From an uncultured Collinsella sp. (GTDB taxonomy: Bacteria; Actinomycetota; Coriobacteriia; Coriobacteriales; Coriobacteriaceae): 64,000 bases of DNA. Within the stretch, counting starts at the first letter, position 1, and each line of letters starts with the position of its first letter. Under the pieces are notes generated by a model. It did not search any database. It had not been told where the DNA came from and saw only the letters and a list, made by a program, of their open reading frames with translations. The stretch is taken from positions 9,375-73,374 of the forward strand of contig CAAERJ010000009.1 in the NCBI GenBank assembly GCA_900758375.1, written 5' to 3'. This document shows, piece by piece, positions 49,459 through 61,792 of the stretch. The position numbers were made by a program, and so were the translations under genes.

Positions 49459-49904
49459 TCGGCATCTCTCCTTTCTTGATTGCGGTCGATAATTTCGTTG
49501 GCACGTCTTAGAAGGCGCACCATCTCTTGGGTATCTGTTTCGCCGAGCTGCTCGAGGAAAGCCGCGGTGCGCTCCTCGAATTCCCGGCGTTTGATTTCGA
49601 GATCCTGGAATCCCTTGTCGGTCACTATGACGTGTACGCGACGACGGTCGGTCTTTGAGTGCTCACGCTCAACCCAGCCCTTGGCTTCGAGAGCGCGTAG
49701 GATATTGGCAATGCGGGCGTTCGAGACCCAGGCGCGATCAGCGAGTTCGCTCGGCGTGAGCGAACCGCCAGCGAGCATAAGGGCGCGCATGACAGCCATC
49801 TCGCCGCCGAGGGCTTTGTCCGCAAAGCGCGAAATGCGCTGATGCATGCTGCCGAACTCGGTAAGGAGCTGACGCCCAAGTTCACGGAAATCGGTATCTT
49901 CCAC
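49455..49904 (-). CDS. MarR family transcriptional regulator
   Basis: LTPSELADRAWVSNARIANILRALEAKGWVER..SKTDRRRVHVIVTDKG; GTG start; overlaps the ABC gene. Confidence 0.9.
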   Translation of the reverse strand: MEDTDFRELGRQLLTEFGSMHQRISRFADKALGGEMAVMRALMLAGGSLTPSELADRAWVSNARIANILRALEAKGWVEREHSKTDRRRVHVIVTDKGFQDLEIKRREFEERTAAFLEQLGETDTQEMVRLLRRANEIIDRNQERRDAE

Positions 49905-50453
49905 CGAAAACCCCTAACACTAGAAACTATTTTCGGTGAAAGATGATACCCCCGCACGCGCACCCTATACGGTAGATTTTGGGACATGCCTAGAAAACAA
50001 CCTTTAGGCGACCTCCGTACACCGTCGGTATCAGCAAAGTTAGGGGTAGATCTCTGAGCACGTCCTAAAGCCCACTCAGAGGCACTTTACCCTGCTAAAG
50101 CTGGCATAACAGCTAGAGTGAACGTCGTACAAAGGCAAGGAAAAAACTAAACAAATCGGTGAACGGTAGTTGTTCACGCTCGCATTTCCTGCGGGTTTGT
50201 AAAAAACGCCCTTATGATATAAAAAAAGAAACATATAACAGCCCAGATGGAGAGGGTCGCTATGTTATCCTTCTCAAACGGGTGAAATCTTGGGTTTTGG
50301 GTTGCAGTTCCAAGGTGGACAAACGTTTTTCCCTGCACCAACGTGTGGTGAAGAACGGAAGAAGCCGGTAGTGCAAGCCGAAAATTCAAGAATTCAATAA
50401 GCAGCGGTGTGAGAGAGCGCCGCATTACACGTAACTAGGAGCGTGGTTACACA

Positions 50454-52505
<2,052 letters not shown>

Positions 52506-52590
52506 CTATTGTTAGTGCTATACTAACAATAACGATTACTGATTAGTGCGCCGGTTTCGGCCGGCGCCTATTAATCGAAGGAGACACATT

Positions 52591-52842
52591 ATGAAGGTTT
52601 CTGAAGTTTCCGAGACTCAGGCCGATAACCTGGTCCACATGCTCGACGCTTACGCCGAGAAGGGTGGCCACCACCTGAACATCAACGTCTTCAACCGTGA
52701 GACGCTGCTCGACGCTCAGGCTCACCCCGAGAAGTACCCGCAGCTGACCATCCGCGTTTCCGGCTATGCCGTGAACTTCCACACGCTCACCAAGGAGCAG
52801 CAGGACGAGGTCATTGCGCGTACCTTCCACGACAAGTTCTAA
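52591..52842 (+). CDS. Stand-alone glycyl-radical domain (GrcA-like; C-terminal part of PFL), 83 aa
   Basis: [54 protein letters not shown]; own RBS AAGGAGA. Confidence 0.93.
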   Translation: MKVSEVSETQADNLVHMLDAYAEKGGHHLNINVFNRETLLDAQAHPEKYPQLTIRVSGYAVNFHTLTKEQQDEVIARTFHDKF

Positions 52843-52864
52843 AGGGATTTAACTCCCGCAGGAT

Positions 52865-52995
52865 CGCCGGGGCTGTTTGGGCTACCTCCCAAAACGTCCT
52901 CGGACATGCAAGAAACCCTCGCTGCGCACTTCGTGCGGCGAGGGCTTCTTGCGTCCTGCGGAATATTTTGGGAGGTAGCCCAAGCAGCCCCGGCG
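52865..52995 (+). repeat. Structured intergenic element family 2, copy E
   Basis: Shares CCTCGCTGCGCACTTCGTGCGGCGAGG and the GTCCTCG/CTGCGGAA motifs with 20775-20899; different ~30-bp outer stem. Confidence 0.88.
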
Positions 52996-53143
52996 GGGTC
53001 CTGTGTAGTCACCCTTTAGGCGAAACTCTCCTAATTATTTGGATGAGTCGTTTACTTACTTGTACTGTTACCGTCTTCCCGCTGTTGTTGGGGTATGCTT
53101 TGTTCGTATGTAAACGTATGACATGTTGATGGGGGAGGGTGCT

Positions 53144-54154
53144 ATGGCTCGCGAGGGCGCTCGTTCTAAGGATTCTGCTAAGCCTGGCATCAAGGAAGTT
53201 GCAGCGGTGGCGGGGGTTTCGCCCACTACGGTATCTCGCGTGCTTAATAATCGCGGCTATATTAGCCAAGAAACCCGCGATAAGGTCCATGCCGCGATGG
53301 AGCGCATCAACTATACGCCCAACGATATCGCCCGTGCCATGCTCAACGGTCGCCTGAACCTTATCGGCATGATCGTTCCCTTTGTGAGCAGCCCGTTCCA
53401 TGCTCAGGTTGTGCAGGCGGTCGAGCGCACGTTGGCGGAAAACGGTTTTAAGATGTTGCTGTGCAATAGCGCCAATCAACCTGATCTTGAGCGTTCTTAT
53501 ATCGATATGCTTCGGCGCAATATGGTTGATGGCGTCATTGTCAACTCGCTTAATATCGGTGCCGAGACGTATGCCGAGATGGGTTTGAGTCTGGTTGGTA
53601 TCGACTGCGACCTTGGCGAGGCCTCTGTTCAGATTGCGAGCGACAGCTATAGTATCGGCGAACTTGCCACGCGTCGCCTGATCGATGACGGGTGTTCGCG
53701 CATCCTGTGCCTGCGCAGCAATAGCCGCATGCGCATGCCTGCCAATAAGCGTACCGATGCCTACCTCGATGTTGTTGAGCAGGCCGGTTTGCCCGCGCTT
53801 GTCCGTGAGGTCGAGTTCGTTAAGCCCGACGACGAAAAGAGCGCGGTCGTTGCGAAGATCCTCGATGAGAACCCCGATATTGACGGCATCTTTGCGGGAG
53901 ACGACACGATGGCGGCTATCTGTCTTAACGTGATGAAGCAGCGCGGCTTGAGCGCTCCGGGCGATATTAAGGTCGTGGGCGCGGATGGTGCCCGCCGCAC
54001 TATGACGTTTATGCCTGACTTAACAACCGTTCGCCAAGATATCGATCGCATCGGAGAGCTCGCGGCGCAATCCATCATTGCTCTTATTAACGGCGAAAAG
54101 CCCGAATCGAATATCAAGCTCCCCGTTGAACTCATTGAGGGTAAAACCGCATAG
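53144..54154 (+). CDS. LacI family regulator (ScrR-like)
   Basis: IKEVAAVAGVSPTTVSRVLNNRGYIS and INYTPNDIARAM; upstream of sucrose genes; operator-like ATGTAAACGTATGACAT at 53108-53124. Confidence 0.9.
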   Translation: MAREGARSKDSAKPGIKEVAAVAGVSPTTVSRVLNNRGYISQETRDKVHAAMERINYTPNDIARAMLNGRLNLIGMIVPFVSSPFHAQVVQAVERTLAENGFKMLLCNSANQPDLERSYIDMLRRNMVDGVIVNSLNIGAETYAEMGLSLVGIDCDLGEASVQIASDSYSIGELATRRLIDDGCSRILCLRSNSRMRMPANKRTDAYLDVVEQAGLPALVREVEFVKPDDEKSAVVAKILDENPDIDGIFAGDDTMAAICLNVMKQRGLSAPGDIKVVGADGARRTMTFMPDLTTVRQDIDRIGELAAQSIIALINGEKPESNIKLPVELIEGKTA

Positions 54155-54209
54155 TTCATCCCGTGCCAAAAGAATTCCTCAAACACCTCTGATGACCGTT
54201 CGCCGGCAT

Positions 54210-54290
54210 ATGTCAACCGTTTGCCGACGACTGGAACTGCGAAAAGACGTATTGGTGTGAAAACGTTTGACATATGAAAACGATTGACAT
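54210..54290. promoter_or_regulatory. ScrR-like LacI operators (54210-54226, 54257-54273, 54274-54290)
   Basis: ATGTCAACCGTTTGCCG, GTGAAAACGTTTGACAT and ATGAAAACGATTGACAT. Confidence 0.68.
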
Positions 54291-54338
54291 ATCTTGCAGT
54301 TGTACCGAGTTAGTATCTCGTGAGAAAGGAAGTCTCGG

Positions 54339-55721
54339 ATGCACAAGGTGTATTACCAGCCTGAGGGAATTTGGGTAGGCGACATCATGCCGTACGGCGA
54401 GGACGGCACGTTCTATCTCTATCATCAGCGTGACACGCGAAACCCCGGACCTTTCGGAGAGCCGTTTGGCTGGGCACTCGCGACAACCAAGGACTTCGTC
54501 AATTACAAAGACTTTGGCGAGAGCCTTGAGCGTGGCGGCGACGAGGAAGTCGACCAGTATGTTTATGCCGGCACGGTGTTTAAGGTGGGCGACAAGTACC
54601 ATGCGCTCTACACTGGTTGCAATCGCGATAAGGTCAAGGCACGCTTGATGAAGCAGGTTCTTCTTCACGCAACGAGTGACGACGCCGTCAAGTGGGAGAA
54701 GAACATCGCCGAGACGCTGCTTCCGCCCCAGGAGGGTTACGATGACCGCAACTGGCGCGATCCCTTTGTGCTTTGGGATGAGGAGAACGAAGAGTACATG
54801 CTCATCCTCGGCACGCGCGTGGGCGAGGACAAGCGTCTGATGACCGGGCGTCTGGTCAAGTTCACCTCCAAGGACCTGGATACCTGGGAGTTCCAGGGCG
54901 ACTGGTGGAATCCGGGCCTTTACACCATGTTCGAGATGCCTGATCTCTTTAAGATGGGCGACTGGTGGTATCTGGTGTTCTCCGAGTACAGTGATGGCAA
55001 CAAGACCCGTTACCGCATGTCTCGCTCCATCAACGGTCCTTGGATCACTCCTGCTGACGATTCATTCGATGGCCGCGCGTACTATGCCGCGCGTACCGCA
55101 TTTGATGGCGAGCGCCGCGTTCTCTTTGGTTGGGTTCCTACGCGTGACGAGGGTGGCGATCCCAGCTCTTACCTGTGGGGTGGCACCTTTATGCCTCTCG
55201 AGATCGTTCAGCGTGCCGACGGAACGCTCGGCACCAAGCTCCCTGACAGCATGCTTGGCGCCTTTGGCGAGGCTAAGGCAGTCGAGGCCTTTGAGCTTTC
55301 CTGCGAGTCGGGCAAGGTCGAGCAGGTGCTCGCCGCGGATGCCGGTTCCACCTATATGCTCGATGCCGACATCGAGCTCGCCGGTGACGCTGCCGGCTTC
55401 TCGGTGAAGCTTGCCGAGGACGCCGAGTCCGGTCTTGCCTATGAGTTCCGCGCCAACCTGCGTGAGGGCAAGCTCGAGTTTACGGCGGCCCCCCAGTATC
55501 CGTGGTTCCAGGTCAACAACATGGGCCTCGAGCGTCCGTTGTTCTTTAAGGGCGAGGGCACTCATCATGTGCGCCTGGTCGTTGACGACGATATCGCGAC
55601 CATCTTTGTCGATGATGTTGCGCTTAACGCGCGCTTCTGCAATAAGCAGGGCCAGGGTGTGGCACTGACGGTCACCGACGGTACGCTCAAGTGCGCAAAT
55701 GCAACGATCGCGTCTCTGTAA
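54339..55721 (+). CDS. GH32/clan GH-J beta-fructosidase-like hydrolase
   Basis: Variant motifs WVGDIMP, WRDPFV, FEMPDLF and YYAART; no signal peptide; C-terminal beta-sandwich-like region. Confidence 0.8.
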   Translation: MHKVYYQPEGIWVGDIMPYGEDGTFYLYHQRDTRNPGPFGEPFGWALATTKDFVNYKDFGESLERGGDEEVDQYVYAGTVFKVGDKYHALYTGCNRDKVKARLMKQVLLHATSDDAVKWEKNIAETLLPPQEGYDDRNWRDPFVLWDEENEEYMLILGTRVGEDKRLMTGRLVKFTSKDLDTWEFQGDWWNPGLYTMFEMPDLFKMGDWWYLVFSEYSDGNKTRYRMSRSINGPWITPADDSFDGRAYYAARTAFDGERRVLFGWVPTRDEGGDPSSYLWGGTFMPLEIVQRADGTLGTKLPDSMLGAFGEAKAVEAFELSCESGKVEQVLAADAGSTYMLDADIELAGDAAGFSVKLAEDAESGLAYEFRANLREGKLEFTAAPQYPWFQVNNMGLERPLFFKGEGTHHVRLVVDDDIATIFVDDVALNARFCNKQGQGVALTVTDGTLKCANATIASL

Positions 55722-55766
55722 TGGCATCAAAACGTTTTATGATTTCGTAAGGGAATGGAGAGGAAC

Positions 55767-57218
55767 ATGGACTACAAAGTAGTGTCTCAGCAAGTCGTCG
55801 ATAACGTCGGCGGTCTGGAGAACATCGAGGGCGCCACGCATTGCGTTACGCGTCTGCGTCTGGTGCTCAAGGATACGAGCAAGTACAACAAGGCCGAGCT
55901 CGAGAACATCGATGGCGTCAAGGGCGTGCTGTACAACAGCGGCCAGCTCATGATCATCTTCGGTACCGGTACCGTCAACAAGGTCTACGATGAGTTTATG
56001 GCTCTGACGGGCGTTAAGGAGATCAGCGCTTCCGAGGTCAAGGGCGCCGAGGCGGACAAGAAGGGCAAGTTCTTCTCGGTCCTCAAGGTATTCTCGGATA
56101 TCTTTATCCCCATCATTCCCGCTTTCGTCGGCGCTGCTATCATCATCGGCCTTAAGTCGCTGATCGTTGCCAACGGCCTCTTTGGCATGGAGGGCAGCCT
56201 TGCCGACCACAGCGAGTTCCTCAAGAACCTCGCAAGCTTCTTTGCCATTATCGCCACCACGTTTGACTACCTGCCTGTCCTGGTTATGTACAGCGCGGTG
56301 AAGCGTTTTGGCGGTAACCCGATTCTGGGCATCCTCGTCGGTATCGTCATGGTTCACCCGAGCCTTATGAACCGCAACACGTTCGTTATGGATCCGACGG
56401 GTGCTGAGTACTGGAACTTTGGTCCGCTCTCCATCCCCATGGTTGCTTTCCAGGGCGGCGTGTTCCCTGCAATCCTGACTGCCTGGTTTATGGCCAAGGT
56501 CGAAAAGATTGCCCAGAAGTACATCCCCGAGGTCGTCTCGTTCGTCTTTGTCCCGACCGTTACCCTGATTCTTGCTAACGTCGCCCTGTTCACCGTGTTC
56601 GGCCCGCTCGGCAACCTGATCGGCGACGTCCTCGCCGGTGTAATCGATATCCTGTACAACAGGATGGGCGTCTTCGGTGCCTTTGTCTTTGCCGCATTCC
56701 TGCAGCCGCTCGTCGTTACCGGTACGCATCAGTTCATCCAGGGTATCGAGGCAAACCTCGTCGCCACGACTGGCTTCAACTACATCCAGGCCATCTGGTC
56801 GGTTTCCATCATCGCCCAGGGCGGCGGCGCCATCGGCATGTACCTCATTCACAAGAAGCATTCCAAAGAGCGCAACATCTGCATGTCGTCCTTTATCCCG
56901 ACGCTGGTCGGTATCTCCGAGCCCGCAATCTTTGCTGCAAACATGCGCTACTCGATCATCCCGTTCATCTGCGCTTGCATCGGTGCAGGCTGCGGCGGTG
57001 CCTTCGTGAAGCTCTTTGAGGTGCGCGCCATCGGTCAGGGTCTGACCGGCGTGCTTGGCCTGCTCATCGTCACGCCCGAGACGCTCGTGTGGTATGTGGC
57101 TGGCAATCTCATCGCCTTTATCGTGCCGATCGTCTTGATCTTTGCCTACAACAAGGCAAAGGGCGTGCCGACCACTGATGAAGAGGGCGCTGGTGCTGGC
57201 TTTGATGTCAGCTTCTAG
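55767..57218 (+). CDS. PTS sucrose-type IIBC component
   Basis: VGGLENI..ATHCVTRLRLVL (IIB Cys), SDIFIPIIPA, LVVTGTH and GISEPAIF; start after GGAGAGGA (alternative 55755). Confidence 0.9.
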   Translation: MDYKVVSQQVVDNVGGLENIEGATHCVTRLRLVLKDTSKYNKAELENIDGVKGVLYNSGQLMIIFGTGTVNKVYDEFMALTGVKEISASEVKGAEADKKGKFFSVLKVFSDIFIPIIPAFVGAAIIIGLKSLIVANGLFGMEGSLADHSEFLKNLASFFAIIATTFDYLPVLVMYSAVKRFGGNPILGILVGIVMVHPSLMNRNTFVMDPTGAEYWNFGPLSIPMVAFQGGVFPAILTAWFMAKVEKIAQKYIPEVVSFVFVPTVTLILANVALFTVFGPLGNLIGDVLAGVIDILYNRMGVFGAFVFAAFLQPLVVTGTHQFIQGIEANLVATTGFNYIQAIWSVSIIAQGGGAIGMYLIHKKHSKERNICMSSFIPTLVGISEPAIFAANMRYSIIPFICACIGAGCGGAFVKLFEVRAIGQGLTGVLGLLIVTPETLVWYVAGNLIAFIVPIVLIFAYNKAKGVPTTDEEGAGAGFDVSF

Positions 57219-57319
57219 TTGAGCCGTTCAGCGTAATCTGAGGATAAGTCCATTTGGGGAAGGGCGTTCGACTCGTGTGAGTCGAGCGTCCTTCCCCATA
57301 GACGAGAAAGTCAACGGCG

Positions 57320-58762
57320 ATGTTTAATCAAAAAAATAAGGTGACACGCGCGGACTATGAGCAGTGGCGTGCCGGACAGGATGAGACGGCGGGTCGCATC
57401 GCGTCCGACCCCGATAGGCTCCTGTTCCATGTGGAGCCTGAGCTTGGCTGGCTCAACGACCCCAACGGTTTGGTGCAGATCGGTGATACGTATCACATCT
57501 ATCACCAATACGATCCATTCGATGCTGCGCATGGCGGTCCAGTGCTTTGGAATCATCTGACAACAAAGGATTTTGTGACGTACGAGAATCGCGGCCCTGT
57601 GCTGTTTCCCGATTCCGATTTGGATTCGAGCGGAGCGTATTCTGGTTCTGCCTTTGTACACGACGGCAAGATTCACTACTTCTATACCGGCAACGTCAAG
57701 CATTTTGACCGCGATGATTACGACTACGTGTTGACGGGCCGTGAGCAAAACCAGATTCATGTGGTTGCCGAGAACCCCGACGAATTGGGCGAGAAGCGCA
57801 TAGCTGTTGGGCCGGTCGATTACCCCGACGATATCGGTACGCACGTGCGTGATCCCAAAATCCTTGAACACGATGGTATCTACTACATGGTTCTGGGCGC
57901 TCGTACGAAAGACGACCGCGGCTGCGTGCTTGTCTATACCTCGAGCAATCTAGAGGACTGGAGCTATGCGACGCGCATTGAGTTGGGCGAGAAGTTTGGC
58001 TTTATGTGGGAGTGCCCCGATCTGTTTGAGCTCGATGGTGAGCTTATTCTCGTTTGCTGTCCGCAGGGTGTGTCCGCCGATGGATGGCGTTACCGCAATC
58101 CGCACCAGTGCGTGTGGTTTCCCATCGAGGCCGATTGGGGGGCGCCGAGTTTTAAGATCGCCGGGCAGGGCATGCCCCCGATGGTCGATGCCGGCTTTGA
58201 TTTCTACGCACCGCAGTCTTTTGAGGATGCTGCGGGTCGGCGTTTGATGATCGGGTGGTCGGGTTGCCCCGATGCGACGGCAAAAAGCCCGACGGTGGCA
58301 CGCGGGTGGCAGTGCGCGTTGACGGTGCCGAGAAAACTGAGCATGCGCGATGGTAAGCTCTGTCAGCAGCCGGTGCACGAGATTGAGAGGATGCGCGGCG
58401 ACTGCGTTTGCGCGACAGGCGGTGAAACCGTTGAGGAGCCGGGCCGCCTGTTTGATCTTGTGGTTTCCTGTGAGGGCGCCCAGGTGATCGAGCTCGAAAT
58501 CCGCAAGGGTGTCTTTGTGCGCTATGCAGACGGGATGCTTACCCTCGACATGGGTGACGAAGGCTATGGGCGCGACCAGAGGTCGATCGAGCTCAGCGAG
58601 CTTCGCGACCTGCGCGTGCTTTCGGACACTACGATGGTCGAGATTTTTGCAAATGGCGGCGAGGCGGCACTTACGAGCCGTACCTATTCGCCGGCGGTTC
58701 CGGCGATGGAGCTGCACGCCGAGGGTGCGGCATCGATGAATTTCTACCGCCTCGTGCATTAA
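57320..58762 (+). CDS. scrB: Sucrose-6-phosphate hydrolase (GH32)
   Basis: WLNDPNG, YSGSA, HVRDPK, MWECPD and DAGFDFYAPQ. Confidence 0.88.
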   Translation: MFNQKNKVTRADYEQWRAGQDETAGRIASDPDRLLFHVEPELGWLNDPNGLVQIGDTYHIYHQYDPFDAAHGGPVLWNHLTTKDFVTYENRGPVLFPDSDLDSSGAYSGSAFVHDGKIHYFYTGNVKHFDRDDYDYVLTGREQNQIHVVAENPDELGEKRIAVGPVDYPDDIGTHVRDPKILEHDGIYYMVLGARTKDDRGCVLVYTSSNLEDWSYATRIELGEKFGFMWECPDLFELDGELILVCCPQGVSADGWRYRNPHQCVWFPIEADWGAPSFKIAGQGMPPMVDAGFDFYAPQSFEDAAGRRLMIGWSGCPDATAKSPTVARGWQCALTVPRKLSMRDGKLCQQPVHEIERMRGDCVCATGGETVEEPGRLFDLVVSCEGAQVIELEIRKGVFVRYADGMLTLDMGDEGYGRDQRSIELSELRDLRVLSDTTMVEIFANGGEAALTSRTYSPAVPAMELHAEGAASMNFYRLVH

Positions 58763-59038
58763 CCGTGCGTGGAGCACGATTGGATTTGCTGGACGGAATG
58801 TGTCGCAGTTGTCGCGGCCAACTACCGCTTACCGCATATAGCGACCGTTTGCGGAATAAGTAACCCTCCTTAATAAACCGTGTGGAATCCTAGATAAGCA
58901 CGGAGTTTTCCAGGGAGACGCTGTCCTTTGTTGTGTGCAAGGGGCGGCGTCTCTTTGGCGCTTGGACGCCGTTGTGCAACAGTGCGGCGGCGCGTGCCAT
59001 GTATTGAAAAGCCAATGTCGAGATGGGTCGTGATAATA

Positions 59039-59893
59039 ATGGGCAAGTACGTAATCGTGGTTGAGTCTGGGTCGGATGTGACGCCGGAGCTCTGCGAGCG
59101 CTACGGCATCGTGCGCGTGCCCATGCATGTCACGATTGGTGACGAGACCGTCGAGGACGGCTCGATCGATCCGCTCGAGATTTATTCGCGCTGCAACGAG
59201 TTTGGCGTGATGCCCAAGACCAGCGGCTGCGCGCCTGCGGATTTTGCTCACGTGTACGACCGCATTCACGCTGAGCAGCCCGATGCGACTATTCTGCATC
59301 TCGCGTATTCCGAGGCCACGACCTGCTCGCATCAATCATCGAAGATCGCCGCCAAGGGTCGCGACTACGTGTTCTCTATGGACACGCGCTTTGTCTCGGT
59401 AGGCCAGTCGCTCGTTGTCGTCGAGACCGCCAAATACATCGAGGCTCACCCCGATGCCACCGTCGACGAGATCTTTGCATTTACGAATTCCGTCATGGAC
59501 CGCGTGCTGCTGGGCTTTGTTCCTACCGATCTTGCCTTTCTTAAGGCGGGCGGTCGCTTGTCCAACGTCGCATTCCTTGGCGCCCATCTGCTCAAGATTA
59601 AGCCCTGCATTGAGGTGACGGGCGGCAAGTTCGTGGCGACCAAGAAGTTCCGCGGCTCTATGCTCAAGTGCGCCCGCGCCTTTATTGACCACATGGTTGC
59701 GAAGGGCGAGATTGACTACTCGCACATTGGCCTGGCGTATTCGGTGGGCCTTTCCCAGGAGCTGCGCGATGACATGGAGGTCTATGCGCATGATCTGGGC
59801 TTTAAGGACGTTACCTGGACTCAGGTCGGCGGCGTCATCTCGAGCCATTGCGGCCCGACCGCCTTCGGTGCGGTGCTCACGCTTAAGGCGTAA
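59039..59893 (+). CDS. DegV family fatty-acid-binding protein
   Basis: IVVESGSD, VPMHVTI, PKTS, DLAFLKAGGRLS, LKIKP and GGVISSHCGP. Confidence 0.9.
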   Translation: MGKYVIVVESGSDVTPELCERYGIVRVPMHVTIGDETVEDGSIDPLEIYSRCNEFGVMPKTSGCAPADFAHVYDRIHAEQPDATILHLAYSEATTCSHQSSKIAAKGRDYVFSMDTRFVSVGQSLVVVETAKYIEAHPDATVDEIFAFTNSVMDRVLLGFVPTDLAFLKAGGRLSNVAFLGAHLLKIKPCIEVTGGKFVATKKFRGSMLKCARAFIDHMVAKGEIDYSHIGLAYSVGLSQELRDDMEVYAHDLGFKDVTWTQVGGVISSHCGPTAFGAVLTLKA

Positions 59894-60067
59894 AGGCCGC
59901 AGGCGAGCGTTCTTCAGCCTGACATCTCGACGTAGCCCCCAGCCATGGTGATGGGGGATAGATTAAAACGTGCCGTTCTAGTCCGAGACGTTTAAACGCA
60001 AACGCATGGGCTAGAATGACTCTGGCATTTTAATTGGTTGCATCCAAGGAGAGGCAAGGTAGCGCGA

Positions 60068-60886
60068 ATGGCAGAAATGACGCTTGAGGGTGTGGACGCT
60101 CGTCCCGAGGACTCTGCGTTTGCCCTTGGCCGCGTGCATTCGATCGAGACGATGGGAACGGTCGACGGACCCGGCATCCGCTTTGTGGTGTTTGTTCAGG
60201 GCTGTCCCATGCGCTGCGCGTATTGTCACAATCCCGATACCTGGTCGGTCAACGGCGGCACGATGGTGACCGTCGAGCACCTCATGGACGAGTTCCAGAG
60301 TAACCATGAGTTCTATCGCAGCGGCGGAATTACGGTTTCGGGCGGCGAGCCGCTCCTGCAGCCCGAGTTTTTGGCCGACCTGTTCCGTGCAATGCACAAC
60401 AATCCCGATGGCCGCGTGCATACCTGCCTGGATAGCTGCGGCTACGCCTTCGACCCCCAGCATCCCGAGAAGTTCGATGCCGTGCTCAACGAGACCGACA
60501 TGGTACTGCTCGACATTAAACACGCCGATCCCGTCGAGCATAAAAAGCTGACTGGGTGCGATCCCGCACGCATTCTGGCGTTTGGCGATGAGCTTGCACG
60601 TCGCAAGATCAAGGTCGTTATCCGCCACGTGGTTGTGCCGGGCATTACCGACACGGTGGAGGAGTGTGAGAAGCTCGGTCGCCTCATCGCTCCATGGCAC
60701 AACGTGGTGGGCCTGGAAATGCTGCCGTATCACACGATGGGCGTCGTCAAGTATGAGCAGCTGGGGATTCCCTATAAGCTTGAGGGCGTTCCACAGATGG
60801 ATACTGCGCGCATGCCCGAGCTGCGCAACGCTGTCATGACGGGCATGAAAAAGCGCCGCGCGGAGCTTAAATCCGCCATCGGCTAG
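60068..60886 (+). CDS. pflA: Pyruvate formate-lyase activating enzyme (radical SAM)
   Basis: HSIETMGTVDGPGIRFVVFVQGCPMRCAYCHNPDTW, GGITVSGGEPLLQ and LPYHTMG. Confidence 0.95.
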   Translation: MAEMTLEGVDARPEDSAFALGRVHSIETMGTVDGPGIRFVVFVQGCPMRCAYCHNPDTWSVNGGTMVTVEHLMDEFQSNHEFYRSGGITVSGGEPLLQPEFLADLFRAMHNNPDGRVHTCLDSCGYAFDPQHPEKFDAVLNETDMVLLDIKHADPVEHKKLTGCDPARILAFGDELARRKIKVVIRHVVVPGITDTVEECEKLGRLIAPWHNVVGLEMLPYHTMGVVKYEQLGIPYKLEGVPQMDTARMPELRNAVMTGMKKRRAELKSAIG

Positions 60887-61012
60887 CAAGTCATTTTTGC
60901 CCCTAAATGATACCCGAGCTGTACTGGCCTAACGGCTTGGTGCTGACGCGGTTGAGCCAAAATGCTGGTACCATACCGTGGATAAGCAATTTGCACGGAT
61001 TTGGGGGATGGC

Positions 61013-61753
61013 ATGGCAACCATCGCGATCATAGGCGCACTCGAAAAAGAGGTTGCGCAGATTAAGGAAGAGCTGAGTGGCGCGCATGAGTCGCAGGAGG
61101 CGGGCTTGACCGTTGTGAGCGGTGAGCTCGACGGTTTGTCCGTTGTTGCTACGACCGCTGGCATGGGAACCGTAAACGCCGCGGCGGCAACGCAGCATCT
61201 CATCAGCAAATATGCCCCGCAGGCCGTTGTGTTTTCGGGCATTGCGGGTGGCCTAAACCCTAAGCTCCATATTAACGACGTGGTTATAGGCAAGTGTCTG
61301 CGTTATCTGGATACCGACACGACGCTCATTGCCGAGTCGGCACCGGGGCTTGAGGAATTTGCCTCGACACCGGCTTTGGTTGATATTGCAGCTGTCGTGC
61401 TTGTCGAGCATGGGTTTGTGGACGCATCGTCGGATATGGCGGCTGCCGAGAAGGACCCCAAGCAGTTCCTGTGTGGCACTATCGCCACGGGTGACCGCTT
61501 TGTTACGGGTGACGCCATGCGTAACGCTGCGATTGAGGCCACGCATGCCGATTGCGTCGAGATGGAGGGTGCGGCAATTGCGCACATCGCGGCCAAGAAT
61601 GGTGTCGATTGCCTAGTGCTGCGCGCTATCAGCGATAATTGTGACGAGGCATATGACGCGTTTTGCGAGCGCGAGTTCGATCTGGATGAGTACGCTCGCA
61701 CCGCGAGCGGCATCACGCTTGACATCGTTCGTAGTATCGCCGCCGCGCAATAG
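61013..61753 (+). CDS. mtnN: 5'-methylthioadenosine/S-adenosylhomocysteine nucleosidase
   Basis: IAIIGALEKEV, GMGTVNAA, FSGIAGGL, IATGDRFV, VEMEGAAIAH and RAISD. Confidence 0.9.
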   Translation: MATIAIIGALEKEVAQIKEELSGAHESQEAGLTVVSGELDGLSVVATTAGMGTVNAAAATQHLISKYAPQAVVFSGIAGGLNPKLHINDVVIGKCLRYLDTDTTLIAESAPGLEEFASTPALVDIAAVVLVEHGFVDASSDMAAAEKDPKQFLCGTIATGDRFVTGDAMRNAAIEATHADCVEMEGAAIAHIAAKNGVDCLVLRAISDNCDEAYDAFCEREFDLDEYARTASGITLDIVRSIAAAQ

Positions 61754-61792
61754 CACGCCCGTTTTGTAAAAACCTACGACCAAGGAGTGTCC

